Assembly (NCBI GenBank): GCA_012026655.1
Contig: JAAILG010002096.1
Location: forward strand, 1 to 58,030
From: Hydrolagus affinis
Lineage: Eukaryota
Reading direction: 5' to 3'
Length of the DNA stretch: 58,030 nucleotides
Shown: in pieces, positions 38,992 to 52,500 of the stretch
Layout of the letters: every line of letters begins with the position of its first letter
Numbering within the stretch: position 1 is the stretch's first letter
Position numbers and translations under genes: made by a program
The notes under the pieces: model-generated
Database searches by the model: none
What the model was told of the DNA's origin: nothing
What the model saw: the letters and a program-made list of their open reading frames with translations, nothing else

Positions 38992-39795
38992 CAGTAAAAG
39001 CCCGTTTATCCGTGACCCGATCAACCGTAACTTCCGTATAACCAGCACTTCAAAAAAAAAGGTCCCCATTCAATTAACCGGATCTTATCCAGCACAATCG
39101 CTGTGGGGCATTTTTTTCCCTTCATATCAGTATTTTGGAGTGCTGCTACTAGTGCTGAAGGTGGCGCTGCTGTTTTTTTCCCCTCACAAACTACAATACG
39201 ATTACCTCTGAATGCTGCCGGTAGTGCACTTCCGAGAGAGGCAAGGAGAGGGGATGTGGGGGTGGGTGGGGGGAGAGAGGGAAAGAGGGAGGGGGAAAAG
39301 AGAGGGAAATAGGGGTGAGAGAAAGAAAGGGAAAGAGGGGTGGGGGAGAAAAAGAGAGGAGTGCGAAGGGGAGAGAGGTGGGGGTGAGGAGGGGAGAGAG
39401 AGAGGGGGGTGAGGAGGGGAGAGAGAGAGGGGGGTGAGTTGATTAATTTAGATGGAAAATGGGAGGAGTGGAGGGGGGTTGGGTTTGGAGCCATTGAGAT
39501 GCCAGACTGACTGAATGGGTGTGAAAGAGAGAGAGAAAGGAAAAAACGAGAGTACCCCTTTGATTGTAGGCTGTGTTTATAGACTGTAATCAATATTTAT
39601 TGCTTTATTGCCAAGTATCCATACAATATTCTGTTATTATTTAGTCTATTATTAATATGGTATATTTTAAAAAAATGTAATCAAAACTTTTTTTTAAGTT
39701 AATTTTTTTTTGTGTTGGGTTTTCAGAATATTCAGCACGCAGTTTAACTGGCATTGGCCAGGTCCTGAGGGTGCCAGATAAACAGGCTTTTACTG
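38992..39795. mobile_element. Longer (~800 bp) member of the 36299 MITE family, opposite orientation
   Basis: TIRs cagtaaaagcccgtttatcc...gataaacaggcttttactg; 39600-39722 is homologous to the reverse complement of ~36380-36472; internal purine-rich tract ~39235-39480. TA TSD not preserved. Confidence 0.8.
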
Positions 39796-39940
39796 TTTTG
39801 TGTTTTTTTTTGGGAGGGATTATTATTAGGTGTGTAGAGTAAGGAAATTTGCCCAAGGTTTCCCCCTGATCTGCCTGGATTCGAACTCATGTCTCACACT
39901 TGTAAGGCGAGTGCTCTAACCACTGAGCTACAGTACTCCA
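39796..39940 (-). mobile_element. Young SINE, 5' half
   Basis: Reverse of the head (ggattcgaac...gtgctctaaccactgagctacag), truncated at the MITE end. Confidence 0.85.
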
Positions 39941-40094
39941 CACGAGCAGGAATCTATCTATAACCGTAGTCATGGTTGAAGATGAAAGTCTTCAGGCACA
40001 GTCTTGAAAATGGGGAAGGAAGAGGCAAGCTGGAGAACTGGGAGAAAACAGACAGTATAAAAATGAAAGACAGCAATGCCACGCAAATAGCCAT

Positions 40095-40270
40095 GAATGT
40101 TTGACCAATGGTACCTGGAGGATTGTTGGCCAGGACTTCAGGAGAAACCCCTTCTCTTTTTTGACTATGTGTTGCGGGATCTTTAACGTTCCCCTGAACC
40201 TTGGTTTATTATCTCATCTGAAAGGCGACACCTCTGATAAGGCAGCTCTCACCCGGTGCCGCAATGAAGT
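40095..40270 (-). mobile_element. Deu-domain SINE fragment
   Basis: ttggccaggac...ggagaaacccct...gggatctttaacgt...tctcatctgaaaggcgacacctctga. Confidence 0.7.
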
Positions 40271-40500
40271 GTCAGACTCTGATCTCATACAGGATGTGAG
40301 TTTAAACTTGGCAAAACTCCATACATTGAACTCTTCCTTAGGCTGAAAATAATATTGTTTAAGACAGTAGCTACTGTAGTTAAGACTTCCTATCATCTAG
40401 AACACACAACTAAAATGAGCACCTTGGTTTACACAAACATTTAATGCATCAGATTCAGTATAATAAAGACTTATATGATATACAGTGAAGCAGCGTTTAT

Positions 40501-40600
40501 NNNNNNNNNNNNNNNNNNNNNNNNNNNNNNNNNNNNNNNNNNNNNNNNNNNNNNNNNNNNNNNNNNNNNNNNNNNNNNNNNNNNNNNNNNNNNNNNNNNN
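40501..40600. other. Assembly gap (100 N)
   Basis: Run of exactly 100 N, usually a gap of unknown size; the right contig starts inside a SINE. Confidence 0.99.
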
Positions 40601-40771
40601 TTGGTCATTTCAATCCACGACTGTGTGTGGGACACTGCTGTGCGCAATTGGCTGCCGCAATTCGCCCACAAATATATACAGTCAATTCACCTTACAGTAT
40701 ATTCTGTGAAGCGCTTTGAGACGTTGATAAGATGTGGAAAGCGCTATATCAAATGCAAGGATTATTATTAT
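40601..40771 (+). mobile_element. Young SINE, 3' half
   Basis: Body and aatgcaaggattattatta tail. Confidence 0.9.
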
Positions 40772-41749
40772 CTTCCATCCTTTTTTTAGGCAACAGACAG
40801 TTTGTCCGTGGAGGAATTTGTTGCCAGTTCCAGTCAGGTGGATCTTCTAACCCTTCAGTGTACTGTTGAGAATACACAATGCTGTTGTTCGTCATTTACA
40901 AGCGTTCTTAAATTACATTTGCAAGGTGTCTAATAAAACGTGCCTGTGCGCTAACCGACAATCACAATTTGAAAGGTTTTTTTTACTTTATTCACTATAA
41001 AACAATATGTGGTAAAGAAACTGCCCTTGGTAACTGAGCCAAACATCAATGATTTGATTTTTGAAAATAATATATAAAAGCAGCTGCTTCTCTGTATACA
41101 TGTTGAGTACAAAATAATCAATACCTGGAAGTGATTATAATGCTGGAATCTAATTGAGGTTTGGAATGATCTAATAAATCATCATGAGAAAGAACCTCTA
41201 ACCACCTGAACCACCCTCTACCGATTAAATTGCAATCTGGTAATCACTCCCAAGTATCTGTTATTATTTATAATATATGTTTTAATTTTGCGTGTGCGGG
41301 GGTGAAGAGTTAGTCACTTTTTGTGCTGGTCATGATGACATTTATACAAAAGAATTTGTGATAATGATTTATTGCTCCAAGCTTCGTTGTGAAATAATTT
41401 GAAGTTGATTATTAGGAATGTCCATGTCAAATATATGGCATTTAATTTAAATTTCATTAAGACTTTCACCAGCATATTTTGATTTCACATAAGGGGGCTC
41501 AAGGCGGAAATTCCGTGAGCAAAAGCTGCAATAAATAAATGTGACTTTGGGGGTGGGAGGGAAAGAAACATAATACACGAAGAAGTCATATCATTCAAAT
41601 CTACAAAGATAGAAAACGGTTAAATGTCATAAGGAATTTGTTACTGGAAATCTTGCTATCCATAATTATTGATACAGTAGACCACCCATAGTAGGCAGGG
41701 TTTACCTAGAATATTTGACACCCCAGGTCTGGTGAATTCAAACACTTTA

Positions 41750-41830
41750 ACATAGGATTGCTTTTGAACCGGCACAGACATGATGGGCCAAATTGCCTTC
41801 TTCTTTGCTGTAAATGTTTATGATTCTATG
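41750..41830 (+). mobile_element. CR1 3' tail fragment
   Basis: ccggcacagacatgatgggccaaattgccttct...tatgattctatg. Confidence 0.7.
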
Positions 41831-43694
41831 TGGAAGACTCACTGGTTTGTCTGGACATAATTATTGGTTTGGCCAAAAAACAGTAATCTCTAGCACAACC
41901 TGGACACATCAGATTGTTTTATTCTATGATCAGTGGAAATAACAGACCAAATGAGGATAGTTTATCGTATTGGAATACAAATCATTGATGTTTGGTGAGT
42001 CGGAGTGACATACATTTGATGATCATAACAAGTCTCCTTTTTTGACTCAGCATCCTTGTTAGAGAATCTCATCATAAAACATTTCTTTACTCAGAGTTGA
42101 ACGTTTTTGTCAGAATTGCACTCCGATATAAGCAAGAAAGCAGACAGCTTCATTTTCTTCATTAGAGAAGGAGAAACCAAGCAGTTTCTTAACATACCCA
42201 TTTTTATTTATATGTGTTTTCTTTAATGTTTATCTGCCATTAGTTGCTGATAGTATCTACTAAATCTTTCCTTTCAGAGGAATGTTCATTAGTTAATAGA
42301 ACAGTGTTGAAGAATAAGAGGACTTTTTATGTTGTACATTCAGTGATGATTCAAGCATTAAGTCTTGTGTGGCACAGCAGTAATAGGATTCCACTGTATT
42401 GCTCCAACAATCTTAGCTCAACATCAATCTTAGGAGAGAGTGCCTTCACGATGCAACTTCGCTCACCAGCAGTTGACATCTCTGTTCTTCAGAAACATGA
42501 TTTAACCCATTACCCTACTAAATAGTCTGAGCACAAAATAACCAATGCTAAAACAACAAGCATTTTTGACTGTTTATACTAGGGCAATGTCTTAATCTAC
42601 TTGTTACAGCTGAGTTAATTGCATCATTTTTAACATTTCACCCCCAAAATAAACAAACAAACAAAATTACATTTATAGAGTGCATTTCATGCCTTTCATG
42701 TCAGGATGACCCAAGGCACTAAAAAAGTCTTTCCATTGAGCTTGCATATTTTCTGGTTTCACTGCCTCAGGAAACAGGCATCTAGAGAAATCTAGAGAAT
42801 GATGCTCTTTACCACATAAACATTCCTATAGAGAGCAGCAGATGAATGGCTTACTGCCACTATTCTCAGAGAAGCTCATTCCAATTAATTTATCTTCACT
42901 CGTTTGCTTAAAAATCACTATGCCATCAAAGCACAGTCACATCTTCAAAAGAACAATGCTAAAGGAATATTTATCAACAATTTTACAGTCGTAGAAGCAG
43001 GAATTACGATTTGAAACTCACAGCAGGGTAACAGTTGAATAAGTTCATTGATATCCTCAGAAACTAATCAATAAGCATTTTGCCCCAAATTAACTGCTGG
43101 TCAGAAGGCAACAAAAGCGTTCTTTCAGTCTCTTCCAACAACAAAGCCTGTGGACCAATATGTGCCTGTTTCAATACCTCCTTTATAACAATAGGGAAGA
43201 TATATCAAAATGCAATAAGAAATAATAGTGCTTTGCTAATAATGTGTTCAGTAGATAGCGGGAATAGCCAACTGAAGAAAATCAGAAGACAACACTTAAT
43301 CACTACTTCACAACTTTGAAAAGTTTAATTGTTTATTCCTTAGCACATATGGAGGATTTAGTACCACTGATCTATAAATCTATCATTACTAAAAAGTAAA
43401 ACCCCAATATTTCAGAGGAAACAGCAACGTGTGTTGGTATTTTGTCAGATTCAGTCCTTTGGAAAATGTGTTAAATGTTCAATTTACGTAAAGAACGATG
43501 GAATAACTAATTAAATAGCATCTAGCTATTGGTAACTGTTTGTTGGTCTTCAGAGACTTCTTGCTATATGATTTGTTCTTTGAAGTTGTTTAAAAGCCTG
43601 AAGAGCAGTTAAGGTAACCAGTCTGTTCTTCATGGGTGTTTCATAATTTCATTAAAAACCAAAGAACACAAAGTATATAATATATATACTTTAA

Positions 43695-43905
43695 AAATAA
43701 TCCCTAAAAGTAATACCCAAAAAAGCACAATGATAAATTGATCACTCAATCCACGTCTGTTTGTGGGATTGTGCGCAATTGGCTGCCAGGTTTTGCCCAC
43801 AATTATACAGTCAGTTCACTTTAAGGTATGTTCTGTGAAACGCTTTGAGACGTCTAGAAGACGTAAAAAGGGCTATATCAAATGCAAGGATTATTATTAT
43901 TATTT
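43695..43905 (+). mobile_element. Young SINE, 3' portion
   Basis: gtgcgcaattggctgcc...atatcaaatgcaaggattattattatt. Confidence 0.85.
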
Positions 43906-46389
43906 TAAGGTCTTGAAGCATATGGGTTCATCTGATAATCTCAATGTGTATTTGTTAGCCAGTTTGAATTAGAGGCAAACCTCTGGGATTGATCAATACG
44001 CTCAATATAGTGTTTTTTTCTGGAAATAAGCTAACATTCCAAAATCACTTTTAAGTTATAATTATAAATAAATCACCATCAGATTAGTCAACAAACTAGA
44101 TGAGACGTATTAATAGTCCACAATGTGCAAGCCCCATCACCTTCATGTAAATAAAACCTGCCTTAGAACTTTAAGATATTTGAGAGCTCTCTGCATATTT
44201 GAAAGTGTATTTTTGAGACTTCAACCTAACAAAAAAATTTAAAGCATCACCATCTCTGTGCATTGTCAATATTTCACTGGTATCTGCACGAATTAAGTGA
44301 TATTGCTTGTATCACCTCCAAGAAGGTTTTCAAAAGATGCTTTGTAAATATTAACACTGCTCCACAGTAACCTGATGAAAACAATAGTAACTGCTGCATA
44401 CAATATGGTATGTCCAAAGCAAAGTGTCTGTAAAAAGTCTATTCCTGCTGTTCCAGTTTAGTCTGTTTAAGTGATCCCAGACACTACCCAACATATAGGA
44501 TGCTATATAAATGCAAGTTGTTAATCCACAAAGATGTCAATATTTCATTATTAATTACTCATGACAAGTCTTGTCCTTGCTTTAAAATCCAAACCTCTTT
44601 GTGATCAGGAAAAGCCCTAAGTTTTACCTGACCCTAAGTAAAACTTTCCAGTTTTGTTTCTATTGTCTTTGAGACAGTTTCTAATTGAGCAACGGACTTG
44701 AGTCACTGTCTAGGAACTATCAATTCCCATTATAGGGGACCTGTGCTCTCCACCACAGAGCTGTGCGTTTGAAGATTTGCTCCTACATCAAGCTAGCTTC
44801 TCATTGATCAGACAGAGGTGCTTTAGGAATTTATAAAGTGGATTTCCCTAGATTGTGTTACAATCTTTCATGAAGAAATATTGCGTTCTGAATTATAGTG
44901 GTTTAACGTTTCATTAGAAAGCAGTGAGGTTTCAAACCCAAGAAGAGCATTAAAAAAAACCCGCTCACATACACATCACAGAAATCTGTCTACTGTAAAA
45001 ACAGCACAAAGCAAACATATACAGATGGCCTGGGTTGAAGTAATGGCTGTGTATTTGGTCTATTCTGGTTTGAGGAGAGAATTGTATACCAGTGAGGGAC
45101 TTCCAGACGTCTGCAATCCATCTCTTAGCGCGCTGCTATTTTGTATGATATATACATGGCCCTTTTTTTATTCTTTTATTTCTGTTCATGAGAAATGGGC
45201 CGCATTGTGTGAGGGTGAGTCAGTGAAAGCTATCAGTAATGAAGAGTGATGGGTATGTGACTGCACACTGCAGAGGCACAATATACATCTGGCATCAGGC
45301 AAATAATCAACAACTCTGGCAGAAAAACGTACAGGAGTTGTAGGATATCATTTTCAAAAAGTAAAAGGAATATTATATATAATCCATTATTTATTTTTGC
45401 AGTTTTTACTATTGATATTTTGCAGCAGTGAAAGTGAGTACATTACATCCATGTAAGACTGCCACTCAATGTCCCTACCAAGTGCAAATTGCATTCTCTA
45501 GACACCCCTCACCTCAGTATTCACTCAATAGCTAAAACACTTCAAGTCTCACACTCCATGCACAACCTTCTTTCACTTGAAAATCTTTCACGGCACAAAA
45601 GAAGAAAAAAAAATAGAAAAGTACAATAAATCTCAAGAAAAAATATAACTTGATAGTATACGCTGCAGCGAGTATTAAGCTCATTTGTCTTAGGTTACAG
45701 TCAGCAACACTAGCTCAAGTGCAATTTTAATATTTGTAACCATTAATACTAGATATTCCTAGTCAATGCATATTCTCTTGATAATGAAAGATTTGTAATA
45801 ACTGAAGATGATTATAAACAGGTAGGAGACATTATCCAACACAATGTAAATTTACAAAGATATTGTGAAGCAAGCATTTTATAACGGGATTACCAATTAT
45901 ATCCTAGTTTATACTGCTCAGTGACACATCTACTGCATATCCACCAGTTCACGTTCCACTGAGCATCAGAAGGCACCACGTCTAACGCAGACAACTATTT
46001 GAAAAGTATACAGCTACTTTAAAAGTAATTGATTTAATTTAAAGAAACTGAACATGTGCACTGTGTTATGTGCAGAAGCTGGAAACTATCTCAATTAATG
46101 CTGTGTGCTTCCTATAACCCCACAGTACTCTTAATACAACAGGGACTATCCTTATTGATTTAAGGAATACATTAACAGACTCCCGCTGCTTAACTCAGCA
46201 GAAAAAATGCTGCTTGTGATGAGCTACCATTAATTAAATGACAATCACTATTAATGCACATCTTACATCAAAACGTACAGCAAGGTTCTATCAGTATTTA
46301 ATCAAATGACAATAACCTTCAATGAAGCCGTTCCATGAAAAGAATCCTTCTCCAGTGTACAAACAGAATTTATTAGGTACTTTTGCAAT

Positions 46390-46990
46390 TGGATCAGTTG
46401 ATGTTAAAGATCGCGTGGCACTATTGGAAAGGAATAGGGAGTTTCTCTCAGTGTCTTGATCCACAATCTTCCAGATAAAATCGACCATTTACTTCATGAT
46501 TGTTTGTAAGACATTATTGTGTTGGCAAATTGACTGCTGTGTTGGCTTACAAATACAGTCACTACACTTTACTGGAGCTCCTGTGACTTAGTGGTTAGAG
46601 CACCTGTCTTGCAAGATGGGGAGACCAAGCTGGGGAGACCTGTGTTCGAATCCAAGCAGGTCAGGGCGAAACCTTGGGCAAGTTTCCTTACTCCACACGC
46701 CTAATAATAATCCGTCCAAAAAAAAACACAATAATAAAATTGGTCATTTCAATCCACGACTGTTTGTGGGACACTGCTGTGTGCAATTGGCTGCTGTGAT
46801 TCACCCACAAATATACAGTCAATCACTTTACAGTATATTCTGTGAAACGCTTTGGGACGTCGATAAGATCTGAAGAGTGCTATATCAAATGCAAGGATTA
46901 TTATTATTATTACAGAAAATCCTGTGAAACACTTTTAGACCTTTCAATTACATGATAAGATTTTATTTATATCAAATGCAGGGATTATAA
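46390..46990 (+). mobile_element. Old Deu-domain SINE split by a young SINE insertion
   Basis: Core and body at 46390-46572, tail resuming at 46914 (agaaaatcctgtgaaacac...atcaaatgcagggattat). Confidence 0.75.
46573..46912 (+). mobile_element. Young tRNA-derived SINE, full length
   Basis: A-box tagtggttagag, B-box gttcgaatcc and (att)n tail; ttac occurs at both junctions. Confidence 0.93.
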
Positions 46991-47274
46991 CTCATAACCA
47001 TCTTTCTTTTCATTACGTTTTACAAACACCATTTTTAAGATTTAAGATTAATGTGTAAAAAAAAGCGTCAAACTTGCACTGATTATACATGTCATAAGCA
47101 GTTTGAACTTGTTCAACAGAATGGATGAATAAACATACATTATTAGCTTCTTAATTGTTAATTGAGTTTTATCAGCAAAATTGCTCGAGCAAAGCTGTTT
47201 TTTCTTAGAAGTCGTAACAAACTTTTTTTGTTAATCACTTTTTCTTCCTAGTTTTATTTCTAATTTGAGATTCA

Positions 47275-47450
47275 TTCCATGATTGTTTGTGAGACATTGC
47301 TCTGCCCAATTGGCTGTCAGCTTTGCCCACAAAATATATAGTCAATTAATTTTACAGTATACTGTATTCTGTGGTGCACTTTGAGATGTCTTGAATACAT
47401 GATAAGGCTCTATGTCAAATGCAAGGATTATTATTATTATTATTATTATT
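47275..47450 (+). mobile_element. SINE 3' half
   Basis: tgtttgtgagacattgc...caaatgcaaggatt(att)n. Confidence 0.85.
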
Positions 47451-48777
47451 TACACATCGAGCCACTGGAATAAAGTATATCCCACAATTGAGACTTAGTG
47501 AAAAGTTGGTAAACCTTACCTCCATTACGTCAAACATTTTAATGCAATTGTGCAAAACCCTTCAAATAACACCTCATATACTTGAAAAGACTAGTAGTGT
47601 ATACAGAGGAGACAACTGAGGCCTCAGATATCTAAATTGGTTAAAGCTGGGCATGAGGCAAGGATAGGGGTTTCAGCAGCTTTGTTGATGAGTTAGAGGA
47701 GTAAATGGGCAATATTCTGATATTCTTTTATTATATTTAGTGCTAATTGTTTTCTGCTGGCAGAAGGTAGAATTGGAGATGTAAGATAAGGTGGCATTAG
47801 AGGCAATAGAAGCAGGTGGCAATGGAGACATCGGAGTCAAATCACAATGAATGGCTCATTATCGGAATCATTACTGTGATACAATGACTCTAAATGCATG
47901 CAATGCTAATCTATTTTATTATCAATACGATGAAGAAGTAATGTAATCAGTAAACCTGCAATGATCTCTGAAGCAGACTACAGCAGGTACGATGTCATAT
48001 TGATTCAGCAGTAAAGATCTGGGTTGGAATTATTTTTCAGACTTCAAATTCAGATTCACTTGATGCAACGCGTATTTGCAAAAAAAAAAGAACCTTATAA
48101 CGTAGCATTTCAAAAGGTCAAAAACCGAGTCCACCACTGTCACTTCATGTTGTTGCAGTCTCCGCTACACTGACAATAATGCAAAATGCCGATGATGGTC
48201 ACAGCCCTGCAATACCTGAAAATTAATATGATATCGACTGGTCCTGCGTCAAACCCTGCAGCTCCCGCTCGAAAAGTTAATATTCATTGTCAGCAGCGAG
48301 CAGTTCTTTCATTTAAATTTCTTTCTCATCATTGAGGAACGGGCTTCTGGCACCGTGATCTACGTAGCAGAAAACAAAAACCTGCTCCAAAGTCTTTTCT
48401 TTCTCTTTCAAGGCCTCACAATTTATAGCAAAGGACAATGGCATCAAAGAGATAGTAATAATGAATCTATTGAACAACCTCACAGCATAGCTCTCAGCTC
48501 CTTCCTCGCTGCTACAAATGCTGTCGGAGGCAGTGCAAATATGCCACTTTCTACTTTGCCTCGAATGCATCTCAGCCGCACGCTGTCTCTGATAATTCAA
48601 CATGTCTATTATTTCTGCATCAGACTTGCTGGTTGCCACCACCACCACCTGAATATGATTTATCTTCTGGGAGGAAAGCAAATGACTTTTCGACCTGATT
48701 TCCAATCTCCAGACTGTTCCATAGCATAATTTTCTTCTCCTCACCCCACTGATGCTAGGCACAGTGCCAAGAATGTG

Positions 48778-49566
48778 CGTCAGCCCGGCACAGTGGTCGC
48801 CTCTGAGTCAGAAGGTTGTGGGTTCAAGCCCTATGCCACATAGTGTAAGATGACACTCCAATGCAGTCCTGGGGGTTGCGGGGAGGGGTGCTGTACCGTT
48901 CCATGTGCTGTCTATTGGACGAGACAGGGTGCAGCGTAGATTCACTCGGTTGGTTCCTGGGATGAGGGGGTTGACCTATGAAGATAGCTTAAGTAAACTA
49001 GGCCTATATTCTCTAGAATATAGAAGAATTAGAGGTGATCTTATAGAAACCTGTAAGATTCTTAAGGGGCATAACAGAGTAGAGATTGGGAGACTGTTTC
49101 CCCTGGTTGGAGAAACTATAACTAGGGATCACAGTTTTAAGATTAGGGGGTCAGCCTTTTCGAACAGAGTTGAGGAAACACTTGTTCACTCAGAGGGTAA
49201 TGAATCTATGGAATTGTCTACCCCACAAAGGCTGTAGATACTCAGTCCTTGAATATATTCAAGACTGAAATTGATAGATTTCTTATTGATAGAGAGATTA
49301 AGGGATATGGGGATAAAGCGGGCAGATGGAGTTAGATTAGAAGATCAGCCATGATCTTATTGAATGGCGGGGTAGCTTGAGGGTCCGAATGGCCTACTCC
49401 TGTTACTTATTCTTATGTTCTTATGCTCTTATGTAAATTGAGGACATGTCTGCCTGATCAGGCGGATGTTAAAGATCCCCTGGGACTATTTGAAAAGAGA
49501 GATTATCCCACGTCCCGGCCAACAAATCCCCCAAAATAAAATTGGTCTTCCTCTTCATGGCTGTTG
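48778..49566 (+). mobile_element. SacSINE1-like SINE split by a CR1 insertion
   Basis: Head cgcctctgagtcagaaggttgtgggttcaagccc to ggacgagac (48925); Deu core resumes at 49435 (aaattgagg...ggatgttaaagatccc). Confidence 0.8.
48926..49434 (+). mobile_element. CR1 LINE 3' end (5'-truncated), (ttcttatg)n tail
   Basis: RVQRRFTRLVPGMRGLTYEDSLSKLGLYSLEYRRIRGDLIETCKILKG; after frameshifts FTQRVMNLWN...IFKTEIDRFL...IKGYG; 3' UTR with octamer repeats. Confidence 0.95.
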
Positions 49567-52500
49567 ATGAGCAAAGTTTATGAACTTCATGAGCAAAGTG
49601 GCCAGCAAGTCGATGTGCCACTCATCACACAGCGGCTGGAACTTTCCATTTATCACCTCTCTTCCAAAAGCTTCCATTTGTTTTCCAGCTCAGATAACTT
49701 GACTTGTATCACCATGGTTACAAGAACCCAAAGCAGCGCACGTGGTAAATACCAGGACATTTACAAGTCATAAAATGTAATGACCCTGGCACTTAAGGAC
49801 TATTTAATACAGTTTTCAACTCCTTAAATGTTGAACATTGTAACAGCTCCTCACAGCCCATAAACGGTTCTGAAAACCTTTTTAACCTTCCTCACCTTTG
49901 GTGTAATAGATATCTTTAATACTCATCTTGGTGTTATAACACAGACACAATTATCTTCATCTGTTGTTTCAAGAGAACAGCTCTTTAACAGGTCGTCACA
50001 GAAATGTCAGGTTACTCGGGGCTGTCGCGTCATGAATTGGGGTGGGGGTGGGGAAATGCTACAATTGTCATGAATTTGGGCAGGTTAGCTATTTGCACAC
50101 AACTGTTCTTAAAACAACTCTGAGGCTTTCACTGTTGTAAAAGGCTTGCAAATGTTAATTTATCTTTTGTAAAGCCTTGATGTACTCACTGAATAGCTCA
50201 ATAAGGTAAATAAACTGAGAGACAGAGACACAGATAAAGTGAAACACCAACAGTATGCATTATGTCCCATCTGTTTCAGTCTTATTATCAGATTCTACCT
50301 ACTGTCTGTTTCATCTCTCACCTTTTCCACTGCATAGACTGATACTGAACCAGCTTGTCTATTGCACGTTTTGATCAATTTACTCCCTCTGCAGAAACGT
50401 CTAAATAGTTCACGTCCATGAAACAACAAGTAGTCGATTTTTTTCTAACAAATATAGAGGTAGTTTATTTTCCTCTCTGGAAGGAATAGTAAATACAGCA
50501 TTGATAGCACACATAGCAGAATCACCCAGTCTCTACAAGGTAAACACTGCAAGGATATCTGTAAATGAAAATGTATGCCAAATCACCTAATTTTTCTTTA
50601 TCCAGTTCTTATAGTGTAATTAAATTAACAGGATGTAGAGAGCAGAACATGGCTGTGGTAATGAGTTCAAATTGCCCGCAGCCGTTTTTAACACAGTTAA
50701 TTTTACAAAGTATTGATGAAAGATTAATACAGTACATAGCAAGTGGACAACGATCTGAAACCATTCTTTCTCTTCAATAACTTAGGTTCAAATCAGGTTC
50801 CTGGCCAAGACAGGAAAGGACAGGACTCTTTCACTCTCACTCTCCCATGCCCCATTCTTGATGACTCTTGCAAACCACATAATAAATTATTTCAATAACT
50901 TACACAGTGCCCCCCACACAGGGTAGGGTCTCAGAGCGCTCAGATTTCTCACAATCACAAAGGAATTTTGAAATAAATAATAGTGCAAAACCCCCCAAAA
51001 CGCACACTAAGTAGCATCAATGGGCAAAGCGCAATTTTGTTCTATTATAATCCTTACATTTGAGACTGTACCTCATCAAGATTCACAGAAAAGGAGAGAG
51101 AGGTGGCATTACCCTGAAACTCAAAATGGATTGCAGAGAAGCAAGGCTCAATACAAGATATTTTATTTATCCAAACGTGAGAGAGATGTCAATTTCTCTC
51201 CAAGATGAAGTTGCAGATGCTCAAGAGGGAACATAATTCAAGTAAGCCATCAGAGGTATGTTCTAATCAGTCAGAACAAGAATTGACTTGACCTTCTGAC
51301 TCTGGGAAGAAAAAACTTGATTTCTGCCTCATGAGAGTCGTGTCCCATTTATACCGCACTTTTAGTATCAATTCAAAATAATTTTCACATCAAATCATGT
51401 TTCGATGCACTGATCCAAGAGATGATTTCAAAATGGTATCTGTTCCATTGGCTGCCACAGTACGAATCCGACTCTAGAGCATCTCGTTCCAATGAAGCTT
51501 TAAATTTGGTTGCGTGTGTGATGAGTGCTCCTTGGCGAGAGTGAATTAGAAAATGTAGCTCTGATTTCTCACCGCCTATACCATTAGAAGTAATGTCAAA
51601 TCGCGCCAGCAATTTGAATGGGGCCCAGTCCGGATGATGCATACATATATTCATTGATGTTGAGTAGGTATAAAGTCACCCAACTAATTCAAAAAGCACA
51701 TCAAAATATTTTAATGGTAAAAGGTGTAAAATTCAATTCTCACATTGCGCCTGTGTTAACTGATGTATACCAGGGCATGTTTATCTGGTGCATGTTTAGT
51801 TTTAGCACATCTGTGTTGAGAAGCAGAAACTCATTGTAGGTTGTAGCTCCTGGTCATTGTGGCGAGCGGAAGTGTGGAAGTTAGATGACAATTGGGTAAG
51901 TTGATGTATAATAGCGTCCGTAGTTAAATTACCCTGCTTACATTGATTGTCAAGTTCACACATGCAGTTTGCATCTGGCCGAGGTACTGGGAAGGACTGG
52001 GTTCGCAGCCAGCAAGAGGAAGAGGTAAGGACGTTTTGCAAACAAATAAAGGAGAATTACAAATGAACAAAGAGTTTAGTAATTGTAATAATCCCTACCA
52101 CACATTACACCATAATGGGCCTCAACCTCACTTACATACAAGTGGATGGCTAGAATTTCATAAACAATTCTCTCTTTATGTCTCTTTAGTTTGTACGGAC
52201 TACTTAATGGCAGCAAATTGATGTAAAAGATGATCTGATGCAATGTGTGAAACTTTGCACCTGCAATTGACTAGATGTCAATAGTTTTCAGCCAGCATTT
52301 GGTTGCTTTGCAGTGGGGGAATAATTCCCTTTGAATCTCATCTAATTAAGCATAAAATATTCAAATCCTTTGAATTTTTTTGACTTTACTGCAAACTAAA
52401 TGTAACATTTGTGATGCAGTACAAGCCAATTAATGGATATCCTCTTGATGTGAATGGATTGTTAAATCAAACATTTGTTCAGGCTCAAGTTCATTTTCTA

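Noticed and set aside
39021-39593. Longest ORF (190 aa) and overlapping ORFs
   Set aside because: Low-complexity translation of a purine/pyrimidine tract inside a MITE.
40471-40789. ORFs spanning the N run
   Set aside because: Artefacts of the assembly gap and the SINE.
46573-46660. tRNA gene (also the heads at ~9810-9894, 37485 and 39870-39940)
   Set aside because: A/B boxes run directly into SINE bodies; no intact cloverleaf or terminator.
48313-48762. Overlapping 149-aa and 124-aa ORFs as a gene
   Set aside because: No recognisable domain and no convincing acceptor-donor pair.
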